Source of the DNA: Octopus vulgaris
Taxonomy: Eukaryota
Direction: 5' to 3'
Assembly: GCA_951406725.2 (NCBI GenBank)
Contig: OX597835.1
Coordinates: 21,328,001 to 21,392,000 of the forward strand
DNA length: 64,000 nt
The notes beneath the pieces were generated by a model. The model made no database searches. It was given only the letters and a program-made list of their open reading frames with translations, and was not told the DNA's origin. Shown in pieces: positions 13,496 to 25,698 of the stretch (position 1 is its first letter; each line of letters begins with the position of its first letter). Made by a program: the position numbers and the translations under genes.

Positions 13496-13885
13496 GGATG
13501 GAAGCACTCCGTCGGTTACGACGATGAGGGTTCCGGTTGATCTGAATCAACGGAACAGCCTGCTCGTGAAATTAACGTCTAAGTGGCTGAGCACTCCACA
13601 GACACGTGCACCCTTAACGTAGTTCTCGGGGATATTCAGCGTGACACAGAGAGTGACAAGGCCGGCCCCTTGAAATACAGGTACAACAGAAACAGGAAGT
13701 AAGAGTGAGAGAAAGTTGTGGCGAAAGAGTACAGCAGGGATCACCACCATCCCCTGCCGGAGCCTCGTGGAGCTTTTTAGGTGTTTTCGCTCAATAAACA
13801 CTCACAACGCCCGGTCTGGGAATCGAAACCGCGATCCTATGACCGCGAGTCCGCTGCCCTAACCACTGGGCCATTGCGCCTCCAC
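13496..13885 (-). mobile_element. SINE family B (tRNA-Arg-like head), full length, 11-bp TSD
   Basis: Head GGAGGCGCAATGGCCCAGTGGTTAGGGCAGCGGACTCGCGG; TSD ATTAGGATGTT at 13485-13495 and 13886-13896. Confidence 0.93.
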
Positions 13886-14184
13886 ATTAGGATGTTACAC
13901 TCACAATCGTAAAGACGTAGTTTTGATTCTTGGACCGAGTGGTACGTTGTGTTCTTGAGCAAAACACTTCATTTCACGTCGCCGCAATCCACTCAGCTTT
14001 TGAATCACATCAATAACTGGGAATCCCTGTGAGGCAATGGTACGTTACTGAAGGGAACTGTGTAATCTCGGTCATCTACACGCCTTAGAAACCAGATTAA
14101 ACTCTCGCCTTATGTGTTATATTTTTCATGTCAGTTTTAATCCCAAGTATGTGTGTGTGTGTACATATATGTGCATATGCACAT

Positions 14185-14345
14185 TACATCGACCCCAGTG
14201 CGAACCTGGTACTTTATTTATCGACCCAGAAAGGATGAAAGGCAAAGTCAACCTCGTCGGAATTTGAACTCAGAACGTAACGGCAGACGAAATACGGCTA
14301 CGCATTTCGCCCGGCGTGCTAACGTTTCTGCCAGCTCGCCGCCAT
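14185..14345 (-). mobile_element. SINE family C (Nin-like central domain) 5' half; further pieces at 15785-15945, 43980-44080, 19500-19590, 37085-37180
   Basis: GAGTTCAAATTCC...GACTTTGCCTTTCATCCTTTC.GGGTCGATAAA.AAGTACCAG shared with 34025-34255. Confidence 0.85.
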
Positions 14346-14649
14346 ATATATGCATATGCATATATATGTGTGGGTGGATGTGTGTATTTTATTAAATTAG
14401 CGTGTTCAACAATAAAAGGATGATTATATCAAATTTCCATGAACAGGCAAGTTCAGAATATCTTTTTCGAGAAGAGTTCTTATATATGTGTGCGTATGTG
14501 TATACTTATGTACATAGAGAGAGAGGGAGAGAGAAAGAGAGACAGCGGGGAGAGAGTAAGAGAGAGTTGGTGGGAGAGAGAGAGATGGATGGATGGACGG
14601 ATGTGTATATAGGTAGGTAATTATATAGACTGACTGATTAATTGATTGA

Positions 14650-15133
14650 TTGATTGAGTGAGTGAGTGAATGAGTGAGTGAGTGAGTGAGTGAGTGTGTG
14701 AGTGTGTGAGTGTGTGAGTGAGTGAGTGAGTGAGTGAGTGTGTGAGTGTGTGAGTGTGTGTGTGTGAGTGAGTGAGTGAGTGAGTGAGTGAGTGAGTGAG
14801 TGTGTGAGTGAGTGAGTGAGTGAGTCAGTGAGTGAGTGTGTGAGTGTATGAGTGTGTGAGTGTGAGTGAGTGAGTGAGTGAGTGAGTGAGTGAGAGTGTG
14901 AGTGTGTGAATGAGTCAGTGAGTCAGTGAGTCAGTGTGTGAGTGTGTGAGTGTGTGAGTGTGAGTGAGTGAGTGAGTGAGTGAGTGAGTGAGTGAGTGAG
15001 TCAATGAGTCAGTGAGTCAGTGAGTCAGTGATGAATGAGTGAGTGAGTGAGTGTGTGAGTGAGTGAGTGAATGAGTGAGTGAGTGAGTGAGTGAGTAAGT
15101 GAGTGAGTGATGAATGAGTGAGTGAATGAGTGA
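14650..15133. repeat. (GAGT)n microsatellite
   Basis: Direct inspection. Confidence 0.97.
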
Positions 15134-15673
15134 TTGTTTGATTGATTGATCTAAGATAATTTAAACATAAACGGCGTTAATTTTGAGACGAATATTAATA
15201 CGGAGGATGTTCCCTGCACGGTTGCATCAGGTTTCGTCTCTTTTTCTTACATAAACATACATACATAAATTCATAAACACCAGATTATAAATGCGAAATT
15301 CTACCAATGATAATTGGTTCCCCTGAGTAAATTCCAGTTTTCAGAAAAAGAAATCAGTTGAAACTCATCTTACAATTACATCCTGTAAGAGGGACAATAA
15401 AAATATGGAAGAATTTTCTTAATTTCAATATGTGAATTTGTTCCAGCTGTCTACTTTCCATCGATGACACTTTGTATCTTTGTTAGAAATCAACCCTTTC
15501 CTCATGGGAACATTTGAATTAAATGAAAACAGAATATAGATATTACAGAGATGTACTTGCATAGCGAGTGACTTGATCTGAGATCGTGTGCTGGAACGAA
15601 AACAATTGCAGCGTAATTGCAACAATTAAGAATAACATGAAAACCGTTCGATTCACTTCAACATTTAATTTAA

Positions 15674-15724
15674 TTTGTCAAAATATTTTCGTCGCTTTGA
15701 GACCGCGACTTGTTCACTGACAAA
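15674..15724 (-). ncRNA. Minimal hammerhead ribozyme with swapped G3:C8 core pair
   Basis: Minus strand TTTGTCA-GTGAACA-AGTCGCGGTCTCAAAGCGAC-GAAA-ATAT-TT-TGACAAA; 7-bp stem I, 5-bp stem II, palindromic ATAT loop. Confidence 0.75.
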
Positions 15725-16810
15725 ACTTCGTTCTGAATATAGATAGATAAAGCTGTAGACATATACTAATATATAAATACATACCGAGTTCAAATTCCGC
15801 CGAGGTCGACTTTGCCTTTCATCCTCTCGCGGTCGATAAATTAAGTACCAGATACGCACTGGGGTCGATATAATCGGCTTAATCCCTTTGTCTGTCCTTG
15901 TTTGTCCCCTCTGTGTTTAGCCCCTTGTGGGTAGTAAAGAAATAAATATATAAATACATACGCGCGTGCATTTTGTATATATGTTCCGTTTGCAAAATTC
16001 CTTTAGAAGGCTGTGGTAATCTAAGGAGTACTTCTAAAGTGCCGTGCAATAAAGTCGAACCCAAAACGACTTAGTAGAAAAAGGATCGTGCTGACCACAC
16101 ATAATAACGCGTTTCTTTACAAGAAATCGATTTCCGGCAAATTTTTAGAATGTTCTACATGAACAGATAATTCAACCTGATTCTCCAAATTGGTTTCGAT
16201 TCCTGGCAGAAATAAATCACTTTCACTATCGGTGCCAATGCCTCGAGGAATCTTAATCTAAGAGATTATACAAGAAATCCTTAAAGTCAATATCAAGATC
16301 CTAAATATCTTCTCGGGGAAAAATATCGTGACTTATTTCCGTAAACCTATATTCTTCTTCCAACAAGACTTTTGCCTCCGGACAGATAAAGATAATGAGA
16401 GATCGAACCTCCAAATGCCAGTAAGAATCAATTTATTAACTCTCTGACGAATTAAATGTCGGTTATTACAATTGCGAGAAGATAAAACGGCAGGAAACAG
16501 AAGAGTGGGGGGGAGATTTCTTTATATTTTGTATTAATGGATACCATTTAAGATACTGCATGAAACTAAATTTGGGGGTTTTTATTCAGTATAAAGCATT
16601 TTTAACTAACTGTCTCTCTCTCTCCATCTCTCTCTCTCACTGTTCCTCTCTCTTTATCTATCTATCTATCTATCCATCTATCTATTTATCTATAATTTTT
16701 CTATTTCTGTCTCTCTGTCTATCTCTCTCTTACTTTCTCTTTCTCTCTATATATACACACACAGACACACAGTGAAACACACACACACAAACACACACAA
16801 ACACACACAA

Positions 16811-16847
<37 letters not shown>

Positions 16848-17104
16848 TATATATATATATTATATATGCATGTACATACATGCATTCATACATATATATA
16901 CGTACGCACGTTTTTATATGAAACTGATGTGAAAATCCTGCCGATGCTTCTGCCGAACACATAGAGCTATGATGAACCCATACGACATTGGATTTGCAAT
17001 ATCCATGTATGGGTGCAGGCCTAACAGTGTTGCAAGAAGCTTGCTTTCCAACCACATGCGTCCGGGTTCAATCTCACTCCGTAGCAACTTTAGCAAGTGT
17101 TTTC

Positions 17105-17135
<31 letters not shown>

Positions 17136-17144
17136 TATATTATA

Positions 17145-17635
17145 TTAAATTAGAGATAAAACCACTATTAGGCAAATCATACAATGAAAAACTTAAGCCA
17201 ATACATAAGATTAATTAATTTATATTATTTTATATATATATCAAAATTATTAAAAAAAGATAATTAGTATAACACTACGATCGTTTCATGGCTGTCCAAT
17301 TCTTAAAATTTCGAGTTACAGTCATTCTTAAGGTGATTTAAATATTTAACTTAGCGAGGTTATAATTATGAGCATAATTTAATCAAAGCCGGGTGGATTC
17401 GTTATTTTTTTCTCTTTACCTGCGTGAGTTGCTGAGTATTGCTGTCTGGGAGTTATCTTATGGTAGTGGAATAGTATTTTAACTGCTATTTCTAAATTTT
17501 GGTACGTGGTGAAGCAAGTTTTGCTGAACCCTAATTATAATTATGCTCATAACTATAGAATTTTTGTGTAACATACCGAAGTACTAAATTATTAATTATT
17601 AATTGACTAATTAATTTTACCCATTATTATTATTG
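17145..17635 (-). mobile_element. (TA)n-flanked Penelope pLTR-type fragment with mutated hammerhead (17273-17335); related piece at 44110-44275
   Basis: Minus strand CAC-CTTAAGA-ATGACTGT...ACAGCCAT-GAAA-CGATCG-TA-GTG; shared TAGAGA.AAAACCACTA and CACTAC.ATCGTTTC with the 44110 copy. Confidence 0.6.
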
Positions 17636-17697
17636 ATATATATATATATATAATGATAAATCTCAGAGCGAGTTATAAACAGTAGCGGTAACACATC

Positions 17698-17919
17698 GTG
17701 ACGTATATTTGCCATTTGAATATGGCTAACCCCTAAGGGTGGATGCTACTGTAGTTTGTAGCCCCAGGAAGACACCTCCTCCAGCTGGCTATAGACACAC
17801 TTTCTGTGCCCTATCAGAAAGTGTGTCTATAGCCAGCTGGAGGAGGTGTCTTCCTGGGGCTACAAACTACAGTAGCATCCACCCTTAGGGGTTAGCCATA
17901 TTCAAATGGCAAATATACG

Positions 17920-17923
<4 letters not shown>
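17698..17923. repeat. Perfect inverted repeat, 109-bp arms, 8-nt spacer
   Basis: 17698-17806 is the exact reverse complement of 17815-17923; spacer TGCCCTAT. Confidence 0.97.
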
Positions 17924-17966
<43 letters not shown>

Positions 17967-18272
17967 ACATATATATTGGCTATAAAATAGGTTTGTGAGT
18001 AGCATTATATTAAATAATATGTTAAAAAGTAACATAGAAGTACGAATGGAACAAATGGAAAATATACTTAAAGAATGTCGCTTGATCCTCAACATCTATC
18101 GTCCAAATGATCATAATAATTTCACGGTCGAAAACTAACGAGGATTTAGCGACATTTTATGTGTGTATTTTTCGTTTGTTATGCTTCTGTATAATTTTTG
18201 AACTCACACACTTGGAAATCCTTCTTCTTCTTCCCTCTCCCTTCCCCTCTTTCTCTTTAGCCTCAGATACAA

Positions 18273-18312
<40 letters not shown>

Positions 18313-18583
18313 ACACACACACACACACACATACACACATGTTCTCTCTCTCACTTCCTCCTCATCCACTTCACCCTCTTGTGCTGTCTTGTTCCTCCCC
18401 ACCACTACGAAACTCTATAAAATGATTAAAATTCCCCACAAAGGAATTATTTTGATTTGAAAACCCCACTAGAATGGGAGAAAGCGCTAATGATCTAAAT
18501 GATATGATATATATGTAAAAAATGTAATATATAAATAAATATATGTAAATATGAACCATCCGATCTTCTGGTTACCTCATTTC

Positions 18584-18641
<58 letters not shown>

Positions 18642-19159
18642 CACACACAGAGGTTAGCATTAAACTAATCGCAGAATACTTTTTCATAGAGAACATATTT
18701 ATTGAAGCAGTCATCAAAGTGATGACTGCTGGATCAATAACATCCCTGAAACTGAATTTTGTACGTTGTTTATTAGAATCGAGAAGGAAAGGTACACGCT
18801 GAAAATGCAAGTGTCGAAAAATTTCTTTTAAATCGTTCATTCTTGAGAGAAAAGACATTTTCTTTTTCTGTAAAAGTGACAAAGTGACTTTTTGTGTAAA
18901 TGTGGCTACGGTAAAAATAGAAGACAAAGATGGTGAACCTATAATGACAATGGTAATCAGATTCAAAGTGAAACAGAAAAGGAAATAAGAAGAATATTCT
19001 ATTTGAAATAGGAAATGGAAGTTGTAAAAGAGAGCAATTTATTGTGAGAGTAAGAGAAAGTTAAAGGAGGAAAATAAATGGAGAGTATTTTTATATGAAT
19101 ATAGTACAGTATACAGTATATATACATACATATATATATATATATATAAGTAATCTCTC

Positions 19160-19229
<70 letters not shown>

Positions 19230-19589
19230 TCTGTTTCTGCAGTACGTAACAACGTGCACCCGGAACTGTGTACAGCATCCTCGGAACCGTCCGAAAGCAA
19301 TTCCATTCCAAAGATGCCCTGTATGCAGATAAAGTATTTTCTTTTCGTCTATACATATAGTCTTCCTTTTTACTTCCAACTACTGTACAGTTAGCCTTTA
19401 GATTAGGTAGCAAGGCGTCTAAAGCAATACCAGTTTTGAGCATAGTCGCCTTCATCTTTCCAGGTGATGTTCAATTGATTCGGATCTTCCTTGAAGGCTG
19501 TACGCCATAACATTTTGACCAGCATTTCTTTCAGATTTGAAACTGTGCCGAGGTTAACTTTGCCTTTCATCCTTTGTGCCAATAGTGAA

Positions 19590-19621
<32 letters not shown>

Positions 19622-19640
19622 CATTAGTATTATTATTATA

Positions 19641-19738
<98 letters not shown>

Positions 19739-19749
19739 CATCATCATCA

Positions 19750-19792
<43 letters not shown>

Positions 19793-19794
19793 CA

Positions 19795-19825
<31 letters not shown>

Positions 19826-19892
19826 CATCATCATTATTATTATTATTATTATTATCATCATTATTATTATCATTATTATTATTATTATTATT

Positions 19893-20446
19893 GAGTGAGA
19901 GAGCAGTTCATGCCATCAAAGTGACACTGGGGTAAAATATACGAAGCCCAATATACCCATCATGACTACCCGTCTGATAAAGGTACACCAGGCACATGCA
20001 TCACAACCATATGTGCGCGACATGGTGATCTCATATCAAGATAAACAGCACATGACCTTGCAGGTGGGGCCCAGTTAGAATTTTCTTCAGGTTGAGTAGC
20101 CCATCCCGCTCAAACGGTCCCTGAATAAGGGTTGTTTAAGGATGTTGAAAGAACCACCCATGTTTCCAGAGGTGAACTATTCAAACCCCAAAGAATCCCT
20201 CTCAACACATGGCTATGATGCTCCCCCACTACTTCTGCTCGTGATCAGAGATGCACATATTGTCAGCCACTAAGAGACATGCTCAACTGGTTACGGTCAA
20301 ACACCTGACAAGCAAATCTGTGGTATTGAGCAGAATATTTGCTGTAGCCCATCTTTTATACCAAGACAAAACAATGTACATGATAACACTTCCAATCAGT
20401 TAAGATCAGAAGCCATGAGAGCCACTGCCTGGTAATGCATCAGGGC
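19893..20446. mobile_element. 554-bp non-coding dispersed element inserted in (ATT)n, copy 1
   Basis: Near-identical to 21259-21812 with identical ends; (ATT)n on both sides. Confidence 0.85.
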
Positions 20447-20465
20447 ATTATTATTATTATTATTA

Positions 20466-20562
<97 letters not shown>

Positions 20563-20570
20563 CATCATCA

Positions 20571-20641
<71 letters not shown>

Positions 20642-20644
<3 letters not shown>

Positions 20645-20850
20645 AAGTTTTATTTATATAGCGTGCCTTCACTTCACTACCGAGCGCAGCACTGTGTGCC
20701 TTGGGTATGTGCTGTGATTTGTTGTGATGCTCTGATGGTTACTGTATTGAAAGTGTTCTGCGTAGGATCTGTGCAGTGCCTAGCAGTGCAATTTTCTGTA
20801 TGTTATATGTGTTTGTAAGTACTGGTGCTTTTGTTATGTATTTGCCTGAA
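20642..20850 (-). mobile_element. 3' end of R4/Dong-type (restriction-like endonuclease) non-LTR retrotransposon in (TAA)n
   Basis: KYITKAPVLTNTYNIQKIALLGTAQILRRTLSIQ* plus short 3' UTR, flanked by (TAA)n. Confidence 0.8.
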
Positions 20851-20929
<79 letters not shown>

Positions 20930-21258
20930 TCTGAGGTTTTTTTCTGTCTTATTCTTTTCGCCTGTTATAAAATTGGAACTTAAAAACTGATGATGTCATT
21001 CCATGAACGTGTGGACGCTAGTTGCTCTCGTTCATACTTTACGTTTAAATTTCTGTAATTTTGAATTTTTATCTCTTCTTATTTTGAACTTGACAAAGAC
21101 AGACATACTGTTGAAATATCGTTTAACTAATAAAATATCTTACAATTGAATCGCGCTCTTCGTCTTTGTGAAGAGTTACGTCAATCCTTTTTTAAAACAT
21201 ATTATTATTATTATTATTATCATTATTATTATTATTATTATTATTTATTATCATTATT

Positions 21259-21812
21259 GAGTGAGAGAGCAGTTCATGCCATCAAAGTGACACTGGGGTA
21301 AAATATACGAAGCCCAATATACCCATCATGACTACCCGTCTGATAAAGGTACACCAGGCACATGCATCACAACCATATGTGCGCGACATGGTGATCTCAT
21401 ATCAAGATAAACAGCACATGACCTTGCAGGTGGGGCCCAGTTAGAATTTTCTTCAGGTTGAGTAGCCCATCCCGCTCAAACGGTCCCTGAATAAGGGTTG
21501 TTTAAAAGTGTTGAAAGAACCACCCATGTTTCCAGAGGTGAACTATTCAAATCCCAAAGAATCCCTCTCAACACATGGCTATGATGCTCCCCCATTACTT
21601 CTGCTCGTGATCAGAGATGCACATATCGTCAGCCACTAAGGGACATGCTCAACTGGTTAAGGTCAAACAACTGACAAGCAAATCTGTGGTATTGAGCAGA
21701 ATATTTGCTGTAGCCCATCTTTTATACCAAGACAAAACAATGTACATGATAACACTTCCAATCAGTTAAGATCAGAAGCCATGAGAGCCACTGCCTGGTA
21801 CTGCATCAGGGC
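21259..21812. mobile_element. 554-bp non-coding dispersed element inserted in (ATT)n, copy 2
   Basis: Same orientation and ends as 19893-20446. Confidence 0.85.
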
Positions 21813-21889
<77 letters not shown>

Positions 21890-22102
21890 CATTATTATTA
21901 TCATTATTATTATCATTATTATTACTATGCAGAAAATAAGTCACAGGAATGGCTTTGCAGTAAGTAGCTTGCTTACCAACCACATGCTTCCAGGTTCAGT
22001 CCCATTGCGTGGCATCTTGGGCAAGTGACTTCTACTATAGCCTCGGGCCAACCAAAGCCTTGCTAGTGGATTTGGTCGACGGAAACTGAAAGGAGCCCGT
22101 CG

Positions 22103-22232
<130 letters not shown>

Positions 22233-22550
22233 CGTTGATCCATCTAGAGAAACACTGCAATCTGTTATAGTGGAAACAAAATCGAAAAACAAAAAAAATT
22301 TTATGTTTATACATTATACATATATAAAGTAAGCCAAAATGTGCAAATGAAGAATTCGCAGTACAAACATTTCCCAATGATGTCTCAAATTACACTTCTT
22401 TCGATGACCAAAAGATCTGCTGCCATTTTTATAAAAATCTGTTTTCTTGTAACTGATATTTTCAATAAAGGAACAATTCTACTTAGTTATAATACTTTCA
22501 AACCTGACATATCTAGCGCCGTCTGTTATTTATTTGTATATATGCATACC

Positions 22551-22600
<50 letters not shown>

Positions 22601-22609
22601 ATTATTATT

Positions 22610-22947
22610 CTATGTTTGACTTTTGCTTTATGTCTGTACAAGTTGGCTCCAAGTCTCACCCAGAGACCTCAAGAGACAACAGGTTGGAAGTTCACGTTGT
22701 TGTTATGCCTAGTCTGCCATATATTTGTTTGTTTTTTTTGTGGGTTTTTTTTTGGTGTTGTACTAGTGAGTGTCTAATAAATAAATAACTAAAAAGTTTG
22801 TTTTAAACCTTGGGATTACATAGAGAGTATTTTGCGTAGGATGTGAGCAGTTCCCACGAGCGCTATCTTTTGAATTTCTGCTATTTTGGGGTGTCCTGGT
22901 ATCTGAGTTAGGTAGCAATCAGTCCCTTTCGCTATCATTCCCAGGGC
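22610..22947 (-). mobile_element. 3' end of a second R4/Dong-type subfamily in (TAA)n
   Basis: ALGMIAKGTDCYLTQIPGHPKIAEIQKIALVGTAHILRKILSM* plus 3' UTR, flanked by (TAA)n. Confidence 0.82.
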
Positions 22948-22964
22948 ATTATTATTATTATTAA

Positions 22965-23040
<76 letters not shown>

Positions 23041-23112
23041 TGTTTTTGTTGCTGCTGTTGTTGTTGTTGTTATCATTATTTTCATCACTGTATGTTGATA
23101 ATGTGTGGTATT

Positions 23113-24055
23113 TACTGGCTGGCTACGCTGCATTGAAAAGGGGCAATACCCCGAAACGCGTCTGTAGCTGCCGGTCAAGTAGTGTGGAGCGACTGACCTC
23201 CCTTGTTCGAAGGTTATATGGATACAGTTTGTGTATCAAATAGCTAACTTAAGGCGATGGCCTCATGGAGCTAATAAGCGGACAGCTTTTTTCTTATTTT
23301 TATAAGAATGCCATATTAGTATGGCGATAACTATTATTTTCCGGGAACGCTGCCGCTGTTCTCTTTTAGAGACATTAGTTATTTTAATATTTCTATTATT
23401 GAAAACAAGTGGATGTATTCCACCGAAACTAGGTAAATAAAACCATCGAACAGAGATTGACGGAAGCGACACCTACTGGCTGGCTACGCTGCATTGAAAT
23501 AGGGGCATATACCCCGAAACGCGTCTGTAGTTGCCGGTCAAGTAGTGTGGAGCGACTGACCTCCCTTGTTCGAAGGTTATATGGATACAGTTTGTGTATC
23601 AAATAGCTAACTTAAGGCGATGGCCTCATGGAGCTAATAAGCGGACAGCTTTTTTGTCTTATTTTATAAGAATGCCATATTAGTATGGCGATAACTATTA
23701 TTTTCCGGGAACGCTGCCGCTGTTCTCTTTTAGAGAGACTTAGTTATTTTAATATTTCTATTATTGAAAACAAGTGGATGTATTCCACCGAAACTAGGTA
23801 AATAAAACCATCGAACAGAGATTGACGGAAGCGACACCTACTGGCTGGCTACGCTGCATTGAAAAGGGGCAATACCCCGAAACGCGTCTGTAGTTGCCGG
23901 TCAAGTAGTGTGGAGCGACTGACCTCCCTTGTTCGAAGGTTATATGGATACAGTTTGTGTATCAAATAGCTAACTTAAGGCGATGGCCTCATGGAGCTAA
24001 TAAGCGGACAGCTTTTTTTTATTTTTATAAGAATGCCATATTAGTATGGCATAAC

Positions 24056-24060
<5 letters not shown>
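23113..24060 (+). mobile_element. Retrozyme-like tandem array, ~2.6 units of 361-365 bp, each with a variant hammerhead
   Basis: Units start at 23113, 23474 and 23839; each has CTGCA-TTGAAA(T)A-GGGG...CCCC-GAAA-CGCG-TC-TGTAG; ends in (TA)n. Confidence 0.8.
23128..23167 (+). ncRNA. Minimal type I hammerhead with U3:A8 core (copies near 23489-23530 and 23854-23893)
   Basis: CTGCA-TTGAAAA-GGGG-CAATA-CCCC-GAAA-CGCG-TC-TGTAG; stem I extends (GGCTGGC/GCCGGTC) across an internal bulge. Confidence 0.78.
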
Positions 24061-24125
<65 letters not shown>

Positions 24126-24539
24126 CGTGCATATTTACTTATTCATATATCTGTATGCATTAACTTATATGCATATATGTATACATAGACGTATATAGAC
24201 GTAAACGTACACATACACGTACATAGATGCACAAAACATACATATGTATACACATATAAATATATATATTTATGTATATGTGCGGATATATATGAGTGTG
24301 TGTACATATATATATATATATATGTATATATATTTATGCGTATATATATATATATATATATATATACATACGTGCATATTTACTTATTCATATATCTGTA
24401 TGCATTAACTTATATGTATATATGTATACATACACGTATATAGACGTAAACGTGCACATACACGTACATAGATGCACAAAACATACATGTATACACATAT
24501 AAATATATATATTTATGTATATGTGCGGATATATGAGTG

Positions 24540-24573
<34 letters not shown>

Positions 24574-24637
24574 CGTATACATATATGTATATGTGTGTGT
24601 TTGTGCGTGTGTATGTATGTGAGTGTATGTGTGTGTG

Positions 24638-24692
<55 letters not shown>

Positions 24693-25471
24693 ACATTCGG
24701 GACTGACTTACTGACAATAAAACTTCCTTAGGAATTGATGACGTGAGATAAAAGCTAAGGAATATATCTGTGGAGAGAAAACAAAGGCAGTTGTTTTAAA
24801 ATGGCGACGTAGAAATAGAGAGGGCGGGAGAATAATTTCCTTTTCCTTTTTTTTTCCCTTTTCACCACCGTCTGCATAAAAAGAGTATGTAACGCAGCCT
24901 ATCCTATTTAAAATACCGTTAATCTTGAATGGAAAGTTTTAGAGTTTTCTGGATTTATTTTAATAACTGCCATTTCACATTAACGAGTTTTGCCTTGCCA
25001 CGATTTATCGTACTCGCTTTTGTGCTCAGCTCAAAAGAACCGTTGAGAGCCGAGCAACGAAGCAGCCATCTTTGTGAAGTGTGTGAGAGACAAACAAAAC
25101 GATATTATGATGGTATCATTATATCAGGCTTTTTATCATGTCAACGGCATTACTTTACAATATAACCATCTCGAAGACACTCAATTCACGTCCTCCCCCA
25201 TCTCTCTCTCTCTCTTTCTCTTTCTCACTCTCTCTCCCTCTCTCTCTTTCTCTTTCTCACTCTCTCTCCCTCTCTCTCTTTCCCTGCTCTTCTCTTGGCA
25301 TTTCTCACATTATAAACATACACGCATGCTAACATACATTATAACGTCATAAAAATTTAGTGACTTTGGAGTAATGTGAAATAGGTCGTTTTTAACAGTT
25401 GATAATCTATAAATATTTAGCAATACGGTGTGATCACACACACACATGCACACACACAGACGCACTCACAC

Positions 25472-25698
<227 letters not shown>

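Noticed and set aside
13840-13885. SINE heads as real tRNA genes
   Set aside because: No complete cloverleaf or acceptor stem; they continue into SINE bodies with TSDs
16130-16450. FFQQD-containing stretch as a Tc1 remnant
   Set aside because: One short motif with no supporting neighbours
20985-21130. CTGATGA and CTTGACAAAGACAG...GAAATATCG hammerhead-like pieces
   Set aside because: Boxes incomplete and no convincing stem I
22941-22950. CAGGGC terminus shared by the Dong fragment and the 554-bp element
   Set aside because: Only 6 bp, and in the Dong fragment it is coding sequence (ALG) at a truncation point; probably chance
24795-24832. YY1-like AAAATGGCG and GC-box as a promoter
   Set aside because: Short motifs without an associated gene or CpG island
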